Source: Scyliorhinus canicula (lineage: Eukaryota). From it: DNA of 64,000 bases. The DNA is taken from the NCBI RefSeq assembly GCF_902713615.1, contig NC_052158.1:2542001-2606000 (forward strand), read 5' to 3'. Below, one piece after another: positions 23,311 to 35,601 of the stretch. Numbering within the stretch: position 1 is the first letter of the stretch; every line of letters starts with the position of its first letter. The notes beneath the pieces were generated by a model that was not told the origin of the DNA, did not search any database, and saw only the letters and a list, made by a program, of their open reading frames with translations. A program made the translations under genes and the position numbers.

Positions 23311-26300
23311 CCCCACCCACCCCCTCCTGGTATATGCCTATCCAGGCATATACGCTCCTGGTATATGCCTATCCAGGCATCATGGTCTGTTTGGGATACC
23401 AGGCAATGATTCCCACAAGCTACATGGCCCGCCCACCCACTGAAATACAATTGGGTTGTGTGGAGTGCTCACTTACCCACGATTGCCAATTCCCGATTAG
23501 CAATAGCCTTCAGCGGCACGGCCAGAGGCCTTGCCGAGCGGTCGAGGTTATGGTCCGGGGGCAGACGGAGCGGGTACGCTTGATTCAGGGATTGGCATGG
23601 TGGTGCAGTGAGTGGTTGCCTCCCAATCTTCCATGAAGGCCCACCCCTGTGGAAGGTCAGCAAAGATGGCTACTCACCTCCTCAGCTTCCCACAGAAGCC
23701 CTTCCACCAGGTTCACGTTTTTCAAAAGGAGTACCAATCAGCGCCCGAGTGAGCACTTGCTGGGGAGGCCGCTGAATGACAGGAGGCCGTTGGATGACGG
23801 GTGGCTCCCGTTAATTGTATGGAAATGGAGCATTAGTGGTGATAATTGGTTTCTCGCTACTCTCCGGCGAGATCCCGAATCCACCTACGGGAGCAAGCCG
23901 GTTGCATCGCAAACTGTTTGGCACCTGGCGTGGTTCCCGTTTTTGGCCACTCCCGCTCTTCACCGGCCTCGTTACGCTTGAGCCTGAGTGTAACGAGGCC
24001 GATAGATCACGCCCTAAGTGTTGCAGCAAACGGGAACTGCCGTGCGCTTCCCAGCAAGGCCGGCAACACCATTCAACGTTGATTAGTCCACTTAACGAGA
24101 CCTAATGGGCTTCTCGTCCTGAATGCCGGCTCGCCAGCTGATTCGCCGAGACAGCGCTCGCCAGCCCCCTGCGAGCAACGTCGAGTAGCTCTTAAGCTGC
24201 ACTGGCTCGGCCCACTCCAGCCAGCCCACCCCAGCCAGCCCACCCCAGCCAGCCCACCCCAGTCACCCCAAAGGCACCCAGGAGACCAGCCCCAAGATTC
24301 TGGGATGCAGATCTGGCCAGGCTCCCAGACACGGTGGAGGCCAGGAAGAATGTTCTGTTCCCCGAGGGTCCAGGAAGGCCAGCCGCAAGGCAGCCAGTGC
24401 CGCCTGGGATGAGGTGGGGGCAGCTGGGAGCACCGGGAGTGTGACCAGGAGGACTGGACTCCAGTGCAGGAAAACGGTCAACGACCTACACCGGCACGAG
24501 TGAGTAAACACAAATCCCCCGACGAGGGTTTTCCGTCCCTATGGGAGCATTCACCCCCCCAACTCTCCAGGCGACCCTCAATCCTTCCTCCACTCCTCCC
24601 CCTCCGCCTTCAACTCCCCCAACCCTTCCTTCACACACTCCCCTCCCACCACCCTGAACCAGGCGTGTGGCTAACAACTCTCTCTCTGTCTCCTCAGGAA
24701 AAACTCTCCCTCAATCGGCGGGGGAGGGCCCAGACTGGCGGTGGTGAGCCAGTCTTAAGAATCCTCACCTCCTTCGAAGAGTGGGCGTTGGAGGTGACTG
24801 GTCTGACCGAGGACAGGGCGGTCGGCAAATCATAGGCGAGGAACCACCGAACCCCACCTGGGGGACCTGTCAAACGTGAGTTGTTATTGCCATACTGACT
24901 GACCCATCTCCCCCACTGACATGTCCATTCGCCCGCAGGTCCTCCAGCCGACGGAACCAGCCCATTCCAGGTGGCCCCCTCACCAGTCTCCCATGAGACC
25001 ACCTCGGAGAGCTCCGAGGATGCCACCGTAATAGTCGCGGCACAGCTGCCATCCCCACCAACGCAGATACACCCACCTCGGTGGGAAATGTTAGTGGTCA
25101 GGCTTCTGGGTCACAATCTGGTGAGTACCACACCGCAATGATATACATCAGGTGGAGGCAGGAACCCCCAGGTGAGACAGCAATTGGAGATTGGCCATGC
25201 TAAATTGCCCTTAGTATCCAAAATTGCCCTTAGTGTTGGGTGGGGTTACTGGGTTATGGGGATAGGGTGGAGGTGTGGGTTTTGGTAGGGTGCTCTTTCC
25301 AATAGCCGGTGCAGACTCGATGGGCTGAATGGCCTCCTTCTGTACTGTAACGTCTATCTATGATACTCCAGCAGATCCAGAGCCACTTGGAAGAGTCCCA
25401 GAGGCTACGGGCGCTGACGTTGTCGACGGCAAAGCGTGGCATTGAGGCCAACACTGCCAGGGTGGCGACGGCAGTGGAGAGCCTAGTGCACGGTGGCAGC
25501 AGCATTAGTGAAGGTGCCCAAGGCGGCGTGCAGTCGGTGAAGGCCATGGCTAAGGGTCTCGGCAGAATGTCCGATTCGCTTGGGTGGGGGGTTCATACCA
25601 GATACCAGGCTGACGTTGATGAGATTTTGGGGGACATGTGCTGCTCTCAGAGCTGCGGAGCTTGTTCCAGTCGCAGGTGGGCATTACCGAGGCACTGAAG
25701 AACATTGTTCCAGTCCCAGGTGGGCATTGCCGAGGTGCCGCAGAGCACTTCACAGTCACTGAGCAGCATCGCTGAGGGCATCAACGCGATGTTGCAGGTC
25801 ATGGGGAACTGCCAGGGTTGTCAGAGCCAGATGATGCAGGGGCAGCCGGGGCACAAACCAGCTGCTCCAGTCCCAAGGTGAACCCCATGACCCTATGGGC
25901 ACCAAGCGGGAGGTGGGGGTGCCGTGTGCCAACCCGGACCCGTCCAATGGAGTGGCGACAGTGGCCAACAGCTCCCCCAAGTTTCATACTCTGATGAGGT
26001 CACGTCTCATGGTCAGCACAAGGACCAGGGCGGCACGGCTGTGCATGTGCCAGCAACAAGTGAGCCGGGGCCCCCCTGCCTCAGAGCCCCCAGAGGACGC
26101 CCACCAGGGGCTTTGTGGTAAGAAGCTGGCTGTCTTCACCTCTGATGTGCATCCTGGGGAGACACGGAGACATAGTGGTACAACACGGAGGATCACTGAT
26201 GGCACCAGGGTAGGGGTTCGGGGGTAGGTAGGGGGAGAGGATTGGGGAGTGGGCAGAACCATCAGGAGGATGTGAAATTGTTAAACACAATAAACACCCT

Positions 26301-27439
26301 TGTGCACAACTAGTATGACGCCTCTGTCACTTTCTTCTGCAATGTGCGCCGACCTCCGAACTCTTGGCCCATCCTTCCAGGCTTACCCCTCCCTCCCAGT
26401 GGCACTCACGCACCTTCCAGCTGTGGGCATGTCCCCGGAGCTGTGTCCAATCCCCTGGATGTTCGGATGTTAGCTGCTGCGTGTGCGGTGTTGCCTCCCG
26501 CAGTATTTTAAGCACTGTCTAGGCATCAAGGTGTGAATGGGATGCTCAGCAATGTCACATGCTACATGGCTCGCCCACCCACGGGAATCCACTTGGGATA
26601 TATGAAATGCTCACTTAACCACGATTGCCAATTCCCTATTAGCAATAGTCTTCAGCCGCACAGCCAGAGGCCGCAGCAGTCGGTGCGGGTTATGGGTGAT
26701 CGGTGGGCAGGGACAAGGTTTGCCCCTATAACAGGGACACATGATCCAGGGGTTGGCATGGTGGTGCCGCACGCGGTTGCCTCCCCAACACCTCCCCTCT
26801 GCTCTCCCATGACGGCCCAACCCTGCGGAGGGTTCGCTACCCCCAGTCGAGGATCACCCCCCCTCCCCACCCCGAGCATGGGATGGCAAACCCAGCACCC
26901 CCGGGCTCTTTCCCTGTGAGCAAAGATGGCTACTCACCTTTTCGGCTCCCCACAGAAGCCCTTTATGCCCTCCATACCAGTCCTTCAACCCCCACCCTTC
27001 ATAGCCCCCCCACTTTCATGGGCATGGCCCACCTCAGGCCTGACCCTTGGCAGTGCCATCCTGGCAGTGCCACCCAGGCACCCTGGTAGTGCCAGGGTGG
27101 CAGTGCCAAAATACCAGGCTGGCAGTGTGAAGGTGGTCAAGTGCCAGAGGGAGTACCAGAATGCCACCATCCTGCCCTATCCCTGACCGCCCAGTGGTCT
27201 CCAATGACCAATGGACAAATACTAACCTGTGTCTGTTCGAGGCCTCGCTCGGGAGGCTGTTAGTTCTCGGGCGCTGGGAGAATCCGAAAATGCATATTTA
27301 AATGAGTTTAATGGCTGAATCTCGCGAGAGGGATCTCACGACACCAAGAGGCCGGTAAATGGCACCCCTTGTTAAATTCTTTCCGGGGAATGCCTTTAAC
27401 AGTCAATGATTTATTGCTTTCTTATTCTGGGCCAGTAAG

Positions 27440-29410
27440 TTGAGGAACCAACAAGAAGACATCTTAGACTGGGTCCTGTGCAATGAGAAAGGATCAGTTG
27501 ACAATCTAGTGTTGAGAAAACCCTTGGGGATGAGTGACCATAACATGAAAGAATTCTTTATCGTGGTGGGTAACGAGGTCATTGATTCTGAGTCCAGGGT
27601 CCTGAACCTCAATAAAGGAACTATGATGATATGAGGCATGAGCTGGCTATGATAGACTGTGAAACATTACTGAAAGGAAGGACAACGTACAGGCAATGGC
27701 AGGCATTCAAGGAAGAAATGGTTGACTCCAAAAGTTGTTTATTCCTATTTGGCGCAAGAGTAGAAAGGGAACCGTCGACAAACCATGGTTGACAAGGGAA
27801 ATTAGAGATAGTATTAGGTTCAAAGAAGAGGAATACAAATTAGCAAGAAAAAGCAATAGACCTGAGGATTGGGAACAATTTAACATTCAGCAAAGGCGGA
27901 TTAAGAAGAGGAAAATACAATATGAAAGTAAACCAGCAGGGAACATAAAAACTGCCGGTAAAAGTTTCTGCAGGTATGTAAAGAGAAAAAGATTGACAAA
28001 AACAAATGTAGGCCCCTTACAGTCAGAAATGGGGGAATTCATAACGGGGAACAAAGAATTGGCTGAGGAACTAAATTCGTACTTTGCTTCTGTCTTCAGA
28101 AAGGAAGACATGAATAATGTACACTGAGAAGCACATGTTTCAGTGAGGAGCGGAAGGAAATAAGTATTGGTAGAGAAATGATGTGGGGGAAGTTAATGGG
28201 ATTGAAAGCAGATAAATCTCCAGGGCCTGATAATCTTCATTCCAGAATACTTAAACAGAAACAGTAGATTCATTGGCAGTCATTTTCCAAAATTCTTTGG
28301 ACTCTGGAATGGTTGCTACAGATTGGAGGGTAGCGAATGTAACCCTGCTATTTGAAAAGAGAGGTAGAGAGGAAACAGGGAACTATAGACCAGTGACCCT
28401 AACTATAGACCAGTGTCCATTATCAAGGATTTTGAAGCACAGCATTTGGAAAGCAATGGTATAATGAGACAAAATCAGCGTGGATTTACAAAAAGAAAAT
28501 CATGCTTGACAAATTCTTTGAAGATGTAAATAGTAGTGTTGACCTGGGAGACCCGTTGGATGTGGTTTATTTAGACTTTCAGAAGGCTTTGCACAAGGTC
28601 TTGCAGAGCAGATTATGACGTGAAGTTAAACGCATGGGATTACGGGTGGTGTCATGAGATGGATAGAAAGCTGGTTAGCGGACATGAAGCAAAAAGTTGG
28701 AATAAATTAATCTTTTTCTCATTGGCAGGCAGTGACTAGTGGGGTACCACAGGAATCGCTCCAAGGACCCCCAATTGTATATGAATGATTTGGACGAGGG
28801 AACTAAATGTATTATCTTCAAATTTGCAGATCGTACAAAGTTGGGTGGGTGAGCTGTGAGGAGGATGCAAAGAGGCAGCATGGTGGCACAGTGGTTAGCA
28901 CTGCTGCCTCACAACGCCGAGGACCCAGGTTCGATCCCGGCCCCGGGTCACTGTTCATGTGGAGTTTGCACATTCTCCCCGTGCCTGCTTGGCTTTCACC
29001 CCAACAACCCAAAGATGTGCAGGGCAGATGGATTAGCCACACTAAATTGCCCTTTAATTTAAAAAAATGAATTGGGTACTCTAAATTTTTCTTTTAAATG
29101 GAGGGAGTGCAGTGAAGGTTTACCAGGCTGATTCCTGGCATGGCAAGGCTAAATTGGTTAGGATTATATTCATTGGAGTTTAGAAGAGTGAAAGAGGATC
29201 TCATAGAAACTTATTAAATTCTAACCGCAAGTAGTTGAGGTGAAAAGCTGTGTAATTTCAAGGCGTTAGATATAGCCCTTGGGACTAAAGGGATTAAGAG
29301 ATGTGGTGGGGAAGGCTGGATCAGGATATTGAACTTGATGATCAGCCACTATCATAATGAATGGAGGAGCAGGCCGAATAACCTCCTCATGTCTCTATTT
29401 TCTATGGATT
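27440..29410 (+). mobile_element. Old degraded CR1 LINE (endonuclease end to 3' UTR) with a SINE insert at about 28875-29095
   Basis: LDWVLCNE, SDHN, KPWLT, ELNSYFASVF and GNYRPV motifs, with stops and frameshifts. Confidence 0.85.
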
Positions 29411-29769
29411 AATTCATGGGATGTGGGCCAGCTTTTAGTGTCATTAACCTGCGTGGTTTGCTCAGCCATTTTGGGGAGGTAGTTAAGATTCAACAATATT
29501 GTTCTGGGTCTGGAGTCACATGTAGGCCAGACCGGGTAAAGATGGCAGATTTCCTTCCCTAAAAAACCAGAGGATTAGAGAACCAGATAGTTTCTTTCCA
29601 ACAACAATCGTCAACGGTTTCCTGGTCATCATCGCTCCAGGTTTGTTTTAAATTCAAATTTCACCATCAGCCGTGGTGGTATTTGAACCCAGGTCCCCAG
29701 ACGACTAACCAAACTCTCTGAATTATTAGTCCAGAGACAATACCACTGCCTCCCACGACATGGCTAATT

Positions 29770-30230
29770 AATCTGATGAAGAGTCATATTGGACACAAAA
29801 CGTTAATTGGTCATGAAGAGCCCCAGGTTGGACTAGAAAGCAAGTTCTCAGTAATCGGGTTCACTAATGCGGCTGGGAAATCTGCCATCCTTACCTAGTC
29901 TGGCCTACACATGTGGCGCCAGATAGTTGACCTTCAAATGGCTGAGCAAACTACTCAGTCCAAGGGCAATTAGGGATGGGCAACAAATGTTGCCTTTGCC
30001 AGCGACACCCACATTCCATTATTGAAATGAAGGGTTTTTAAGATTTAAAAACAGAAAATTCTGGGGAAAAAATCAAGAGAAACAGAGTTAACATTTCAGA
30101 GCTGAGCTGAACAGCCATATGGACTCAAAACGTTAACTCTGATTCTTCAGCTCTGACCAAGAGTCATATTGGACTTGAAATGTTAACTGCGGCGTTTTTC
30201 CAGCACTTTCTGGTTTTATTTCAGATCAGC
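29770..30230. mobile_element. Penelope pseudo-LTR remnants with several degenerate hammerhead-like motifs
   Basis: ctgatgaagagtcatattggacacaaaacgtt (29773), ggactcaaaacgttaac (30121), ctgaccaagagtcatattggacttgaaatgttaac (30153), and inverted flanks. Confidence 0.6.
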
Positions 30231-30840
30231 AAGTTAAGTCTGCAGAGGCTGCAAATTGTTAGAACGCCACCTTCTCTTGGTTACTAGAAGTACAGAAAAT
30301 CTGTTGTAACATTCTTCAATACAAGGCAGCACTATTTCCAATGCATCTCAAGCCAAGAAAGGTATAAGTGACAGTGGCAAGTTTGAACTGTCCATGCATC
30401 ATCTGTCCAACCATTCCCGTTCTCAGGATCAAGTGCCAATTCTAGATTTTCTCGGAATCAAACCGTGCTTTCTGCACTTTTACAGGAAACTGGGAGGGTG
30501 CTGGGAATGAGCTATTTAAAACACTGCGTGGCCCCCATCAGCAACCAGAGGGACATGGACTCTCAACATGTAAAACATACAGGAAACGGGTTTTGGAGGA
30601 ATATTCACCACGAACAAGTTTAATTGTCACCATTCAAATACCCAACTGGAAATGTATGCAATTGTTTATCTAAACCCGCAAACATCCAATTCACCTGGAA
30701 TTTCAAAAGCATTCAATTATTCTAAAGGACCACTGTGATTTTGGGGAGGAGGGAAGGGAGGAGAACTTAAAATGAGATTACTGTCTCAACCAGGGGTGAC
30801 TTTGACGACAGTGTTTTCCACTGTCAGGATAGTTTAAAGT

Positions 30841-32760
30841 TCAGTCGACTTCCTCAATTGTAGGCCCGCTAGAAGGATCCTTTCTGACAGGATCAGAGAA
30901 TGGTCCTTCTGGCATTCCGCCCTGGTGGAGCTTGGCAGTGATGGGTTTGCATACTTTTTCCAAATCTTTCAGTTGCTGGTCAAAGTCTTCCTTCTCACCC
31001 GCTTGGTTTGCCTCCAGCCAGGATATGGCCTGGTTACACTTCTCAATCACTTTGTTTTTGTCTTCCTCGCTGATCTTGCCTTTCATTTTCTCCTCCTCTA
31101 CCGAGCTCTTCATGTTGAATGCGTATGACTCCAGGGAGTTCTTGGCTGAAATCTTATCACGCTGCTGGTCATCCTGGGTTTTGTACCTTTCTGCTTCCTG
31201 CACCATCCTCTCAATTTCCTCCTTGCTCAGCCGACCCTTGTCATTGGTGATGGTAATCTTGCTCTCTTTGCCGGTGCTCTTGTCCACGGCCGACACGTTC
31301 AGGATGCCGTTGGCATCAATGTCAAAGGTGACCTCGATCTGTGGTACTCCGCGTGGTGCAGGGGGAATCCCACTGAGGTCAAATTTGCCCAGGAGGTTGT
31401 TGTCCTTGGTCATGGCTCTTTCTCCTTCATACACCTGAATCAGGACGCCTGGTTGACTGTCAGAATAAGTGGTGAAGATCTGGGTCTGCTTGGTGGGAAT
31501 GGTGGTGTTCCGCTTAATGAGTGTGGTCATCACCCCTCCTGCTGTTTCGAGACCCAATGAGAGAGGAGTGACATCCAATAGTAGAAGATCTTGGACATTC
31601 TCCGACTTATCCCCCATCAGAATAGCCGCTTGGACAGCCGCCCCATAGGCCACGGCTTCATCAGGATTGATGCTCTTGTTCAGGTCTCTGCCATTGAAGA
31701 AATCTTGCAGAAGTTTCTGGATCTTGGGGATGCGAGTGGAGCCCCCGACCAAGACCACATCATTAACTTGAGCTTTATCCATCTTGGCATCTCTCAGAGA
31801 CTTCTCCACTGGTTCCAATGTGCCTCTGAAGAGGTCAGTGTTAAGTTCTTCAAACCGAGCCCTGGTGATGGAGGTGTAAAAGTCTATGCCTTCAAACAGA
31901 GAGTCAATCTCCACACTGGCTTGGGTGCTGGAAGACAGGGTTCTCTTGGCTCTCTCGCAGGCTGTCCTCAATCTCCTGACCGCCCTCTTGTTCTCACTGA
32001 TGTCCTTCCTGTACTTACGCTTGAATTCCTCAATGAAGTGATTGACCATGCGGTTATCAAAGTCCTCTCCTCCCAAGTGGGTGTCACCCGCTGTGGATTT
32101 CACTTCAAAGATCCCGTCGTCAATGGTGAGAACAGACACGTCGAAGGTGCCACCTCCCAAGTCAAAGATGAGAACATTGTGTTCCCCTCTGCCCTTCTTG
32201 TCCAGGCCGTAGGCAATGGCAGCTGCTGTTGGCTCATTGATGATCCGTAGGACATTGAGGCCAGCGATCACCCCGGCATCCTTGGTTGCTTGGCGCTGGG
32301 AGTCATTGAAGTAAGCAGGCACAGTGATGACAGCGTTGCTGACAGTGTAGCCCAGATAGGCCTCAGCAATCTCCTTCATCTTAGTCAGCACCATGGAGGA
32401 AATCTCCTCAGGGTAAAAGGTTTTATCTTCTCTTTTGTACTCGACCTTCACCTTGGGCTTCCCCGCATCGTTCACCACCTGGAAGGGCCAGTGCTTCATG
32501 TCAGACTGGACCACCGGGTCAGTGAACTTCCTCCCGATGAGCCTCTTGGCATCAAAGATGGTGTTGGGTGGGTTGAGAGCCACCTGGTTCTTGGCGGCGT
32601 CTCCGATGAGCCTCTCGGTGTCGTTGAAGGCCACGTAGCTGGGGGTGGTGCGGTTGCCCTGGTCATTGGCGATGATCTCCACCTTGCCGTGCTGGAAGAC
32701 CCCCACGCAGGAGTAGGTGGTGCCCAGGTCAATGCCAATGGCTGTTCCCCTGCTTGCCAT
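30841..32760 (-). CDS. hsp70: Heat shock 70 kDa protein, cytosolic, intronless (paralog 1; 639 aa, [13 protein letters not shown]...GPTIEEVD)
   Basis: Has the [20 protein letters not shown] and [13 protein letters not shown] family signatures and a C-terminal EEVD. The first ATG is at 32760 (the track's upstream TTG start is not used). TATA box upstream; ATTAAA at 30619-30624. Confidence 0.97.
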   Translation of the reverse strand: MASRGTAIGIDLGTTYSCVGVFQHGKVEIIANDQGNRTTPSYVAFNDTERLIGDAAKNQVALNPPNTIFDAKRLIGRKFTDPVVQSDMKHWPFQVVNDAGKPKVKVEYKREDKTFYPEEISSMVLTKMKEIAEAYLGYTVSNAVITVPAYFNDSQRQATKDAGVIAGLNVLRIINEPTAAAIAYGLDKKGRGEHNVLIFDLGGGTFDVSVLTIDDGIFEVKSTAGDTHLGGEDFDNRMVNHFIEEFKRKYRKDISENKRAVRRLRTACERAKRTLSSSTQASVEIDSLFEGIDFYTSITRARFEELNTDLFRGTLEPVEKSLRDAKMDKAQVNDVVLVGGSTRIPKIQKLLQDFFNGRDLNKSINPDEAVAYGAAVQAAILMGDKSENVQDLLLLDVTPLSLGLETAGGVMTTLIKRNTTIPTKQTQIFTTYSDSQPGVLIQVYEGERAMTKDNNLLGKFDLSGIPPAPRGVPQIEVTFDIDANGILNVSAVDKSTGKESKITITNDKGRLSKEEIERMVQEAERYKTQDDQQRDKISAKNSLESYAFNMKSSVEEEKMKGKISEEDKNKVIEKCNQAISWLEANQAGEKEDFDQQLKDLEKVCKPITAKLHQGGMPEGPFSDPVRKDPSSGPTIEEVD

Positions 32761-32879
32761 CTTTTGCCCTTCCACCCACCCGGCCCACCCTGTTTCCAAA
32801 CGGCCTACTAGGGCTGCAGAATCTCGGCCACACCACCAGTCCTTGGCCCCTGCGACCTCCTACTTTCTTCTGTCACTCC

Positions 32880-33120
32880 CTCTCGCCTCCGTCCTTATTT
32901 ATAGCCTCACCGCACGGGGCCCCGAAGCCGCCTGATTGACGTCCACGCCGCCCAATGGCCGAGCCGGACCACCGCCGCCGGCAACGCTTCGGCCAATGAG
33001 GGAGGTCACTGAGTGGGCGGGGGCGTGACCGCCGCTGCCGATTATGACGTCGCGCCCCTGGAAGCTGGCCGCCGCGTGCTGGAAATGGCGCCAAACCGAA
33101 TTCAAATTTGAATTCAACAC
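32880..33120 (-). promoter_or_regulatory. Promoter of HSP70 paralog 1
   Basis: TATAAATAA at 32903-32895, CCAAT boxes, GC box gggcgggg, two TGACGTC cores, TTTGGCGC near 33095-33088, and an 18-bp palindrome at 33098-33115. Confidence 0.8.
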
Positions 33121-33508
33121 AAACCGTTAGATGAGCGCAGTTGGGGCCTACTGGAAATCGGTCTGGTGATTTTTTTTAAATTCCCCTGAACTGGCCATGT
33201 TGATCATGTTTGCACGATTATTGCGATATGTTGACGTTTGTCCGCCAGGGAGTTGGCATGGGAACCGTTGCATTTGTGATTTTTGCACTTTAATCATCCC
33301 AAAGGCGTAGTTCTGTTTTGAGGTGTATTCATTTCTTAAACTATCTGGAATTAAAGGCAAAAAATCCTCTCTCAGTTGGCTCTGCAGAAACTGCCAGACA
33401 AAACTGCCAATGGTTCACGGATATTCGCCTGCCACCTTTGCCCTGTGACTCCTGCCCCACACTTGACCCTCGATGGCCACTCAAGTGGCCGGGCAAGTCT
33501 CTCAAGAG

Positions 33509-33820
33509 GGCGGCACAGCGGTTCGCACTGCTGCCAGGAACCAGGCTTCAATTCCAACCGTGGGTTACTGTCCGTGTCAGGTTTGCACGCTGCCTGCGTG
33601 GGTTTCCTCCGGTTGCTCCGGTTTCCTCCCACGGTCCAATGATGTGCATGTTAGGTGGATTGGCTGTGATCAATTGCTCTTTGGACATCCTAAAGATTGT
33701 CTAAATTGCCCAAGCCTAGGTGGGGCGGGGGGAGTGGACCTAGGTAGGGTGCTCTTTCATAGGGTTGGTGTAGACTCAATGGGCTGAATGGCCTCCTTCT
33801 ACACTGTAGAGATTCTATGA
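33509..33820 (+). mobile_element. HE1-type SINE
   Basis: Diverged copy with the same core and a CR1-like tail. Confidence 0.75.
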
Positions 33821-34184
33821 AGAGTGAGCACAATTTTAATCTCTAAAATATGGTCACCCACTAGCACCTGACAAGATGAGCCAGAATGTGCAATAAATGT
33901 AGCATTCCCACTCTCGGCTATCGTTCATAAATGCAACCTTGCGACGGGGACCCATGACCTTGTGCTTTTACTGCAATGAGACAAATCTACGGCAGGAAAA
34001 GTCTCCACTTGTCAGAACAGGCCCTTCGGCCCTCGATGTTGTGCTGAGCAATGATCACCCTACTCAAGTCAACGTATTCACCCTATACCAGTAACCCAAC
34101 GCCCCCCCCCCCCCATTATCCTTATAAAAAAAATAAAAATAAAAAATAATTTAAAAAAAAAAAATTTTTTTTTAATGACTTGAT

Positions 34185-34253
34185 CTTGGTGGGCCGCATA
34201 AAGACCTTTGGCGGGCCGCATGCGGCCCGCGGGCCGTAGTTTGCCCACCCCTG
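34185..34253. mobile_element. hAT (Charlie-like) transposon end
   Basis: gcggcccgcgggccgtagtttgcccacccctg is the reverse complement of a CAGGGGTGGGCAAAC-type terminus. Confidence 0.65.
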
Positions 34254-35054
34254 GAATAGGATGTCCAATGACAAATCTCTTCAAGCAAGTAGAGAAGTAT
34301 GGAAGGCAATGAAAAAACGCAAACGGAATGCTGGCCTTTAATTCGAGCAGAAAAAAATACACATTCGGGGATTTATCTTTCTGTTATAAAGCTTTGCTGA
34401 GACCCCATCTGTGTGTTCAGCTCTAGGCACCACACCTCAAGACATACATATTGGCCATGAACTGGTGCAACGCAGGTCTGTCGGAATTACACTGGAACTT
34501 TAAAGTAGTCCTTCTGTAGTGCACAACTTAAAACAAAAGAGACATTTTGTCCAAGGTTTACATCTTGCATTCACTGGCACAATTCGCGAGAATAACAGAA
34601 TCTACTTGCCAACCATTCAGCACTCCCTTCTCCCAGAGCAGAAACTTGCCCTGACATTGGACCTCTTCCGAAATGTCCTGCTGTGTGCAAGGCAAAAAAC
34701 TCTGATTTCAGGAAATGAAAGGTTATTTTTGTTTTTACAAGGACAATTTTGGTGCACGGCTTTTTCAATTCAGAGAGGTGGAACCAGGTTCAGTGTCAAA
34801 CAGGATCAGCTCCGAAATGTCTCCACCGAACCAGAAAATAATCTAACCAACAGATAAAAGAAAATTCCTGCGGACGCTAGACTCTGAAACAAGAAACGGA
34901 AAATACAGGACCATCTCAGCGGGTCTGGCAGGGTCTGTGGAGAGAGAAGGGAGCTCATGTATCGCGTCTGGAATGCTCTTTGTCAATGCTCTTTCTCGAA
35001 CTAACAGATATTCAGTCGGTGTGGTAAACATCGTGCTGTGCCCGGCAATGGCGG

Positions 35055-35341
35055 CACAGAAGCACAGTGGTTAGCACTGTTGCTTCACAGCGCCAGGGTC
35101 CCAGGTTCTATTCCCGGCTTGGGTCACTGTCTGTGCGGAGTCTGCACGTTCTCCCCGTGTCTGCGTGGGCTTCCTCCAGGTGCTCCGGTTTCCTCCCACA
35201 AGTCCTGAAAGCTTGTTAGGTGAACTGGACATTTTGAATTCTCCCTCAGTGTGCCCGAACAGGCGCCGGAATGTGCCGATTAGGGGCTTTTCACAGTAAC
35301 ATCATTGCCGTGTTAATGCAAGCCTACTTGTGACAATAAAG

Positions 35342-35376
<35 letters not shown>
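35055..35376 (+). mobile_element. tRNA SINE with (ATT)n tail
   Basis: Same head and core as the HE1-like copies, with the alternative tail and a long (ATT)n run. Confidence 0.85.
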
Positions 35377-35378
<2 letters not shown>

Positions 35379-35601
35379 ACAGAACTATTTAAGCGTGCCA
35401 CACACTTCCCCTCCATGACCATCTGGGCACAGCCAAGAGTGTTGAGAAACATGGTTGCTCAATTGGCTGAGTTGCCGGGGACAAATTGGCAGTCTGGTTA
35501 TACTGCCTGCTCCGTTCAAACCCATCGTCAAACTTCCCTCACCCCCAGCACAACCTCAGACAGCTTGGAGGGGGAGGGGTGGGCACAGTTGTCATTGGTT
35601 G

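Larger units (their letters stand above)
17890..27367. mobile_element. Nested, degraded Harbinger (PIF) DNA transposons
   Basis: Myb/SANT-like ORF remnants on + (18456 MAPRRPAPRFGD..AWDEV; about 24270-24830 with CRKTVNDL and AQTGGG). HARBI1-like DDE remnants on - (21550-22300: GMPHVQGMIDAT, YVNRTGFHSLN, GWLLG). GGG...CCC termini. Confidence 0.8.

Noticed and set aside
22296-23450. Gly/Trp-rich 384- and 326-aa ORFs, and the 316-aa ORF at 59306-60256
   Set aside because: Translations of minisatellites.
32761-32799. N-terminal extensions of HSP70-1 (TTG) and HSP70-3 (GTG, 47686) in the ORF track
   Set aside because: Non-AUG starts from a bacterial-style caller. The first AUGs match the normal HSP70 N-terminus.
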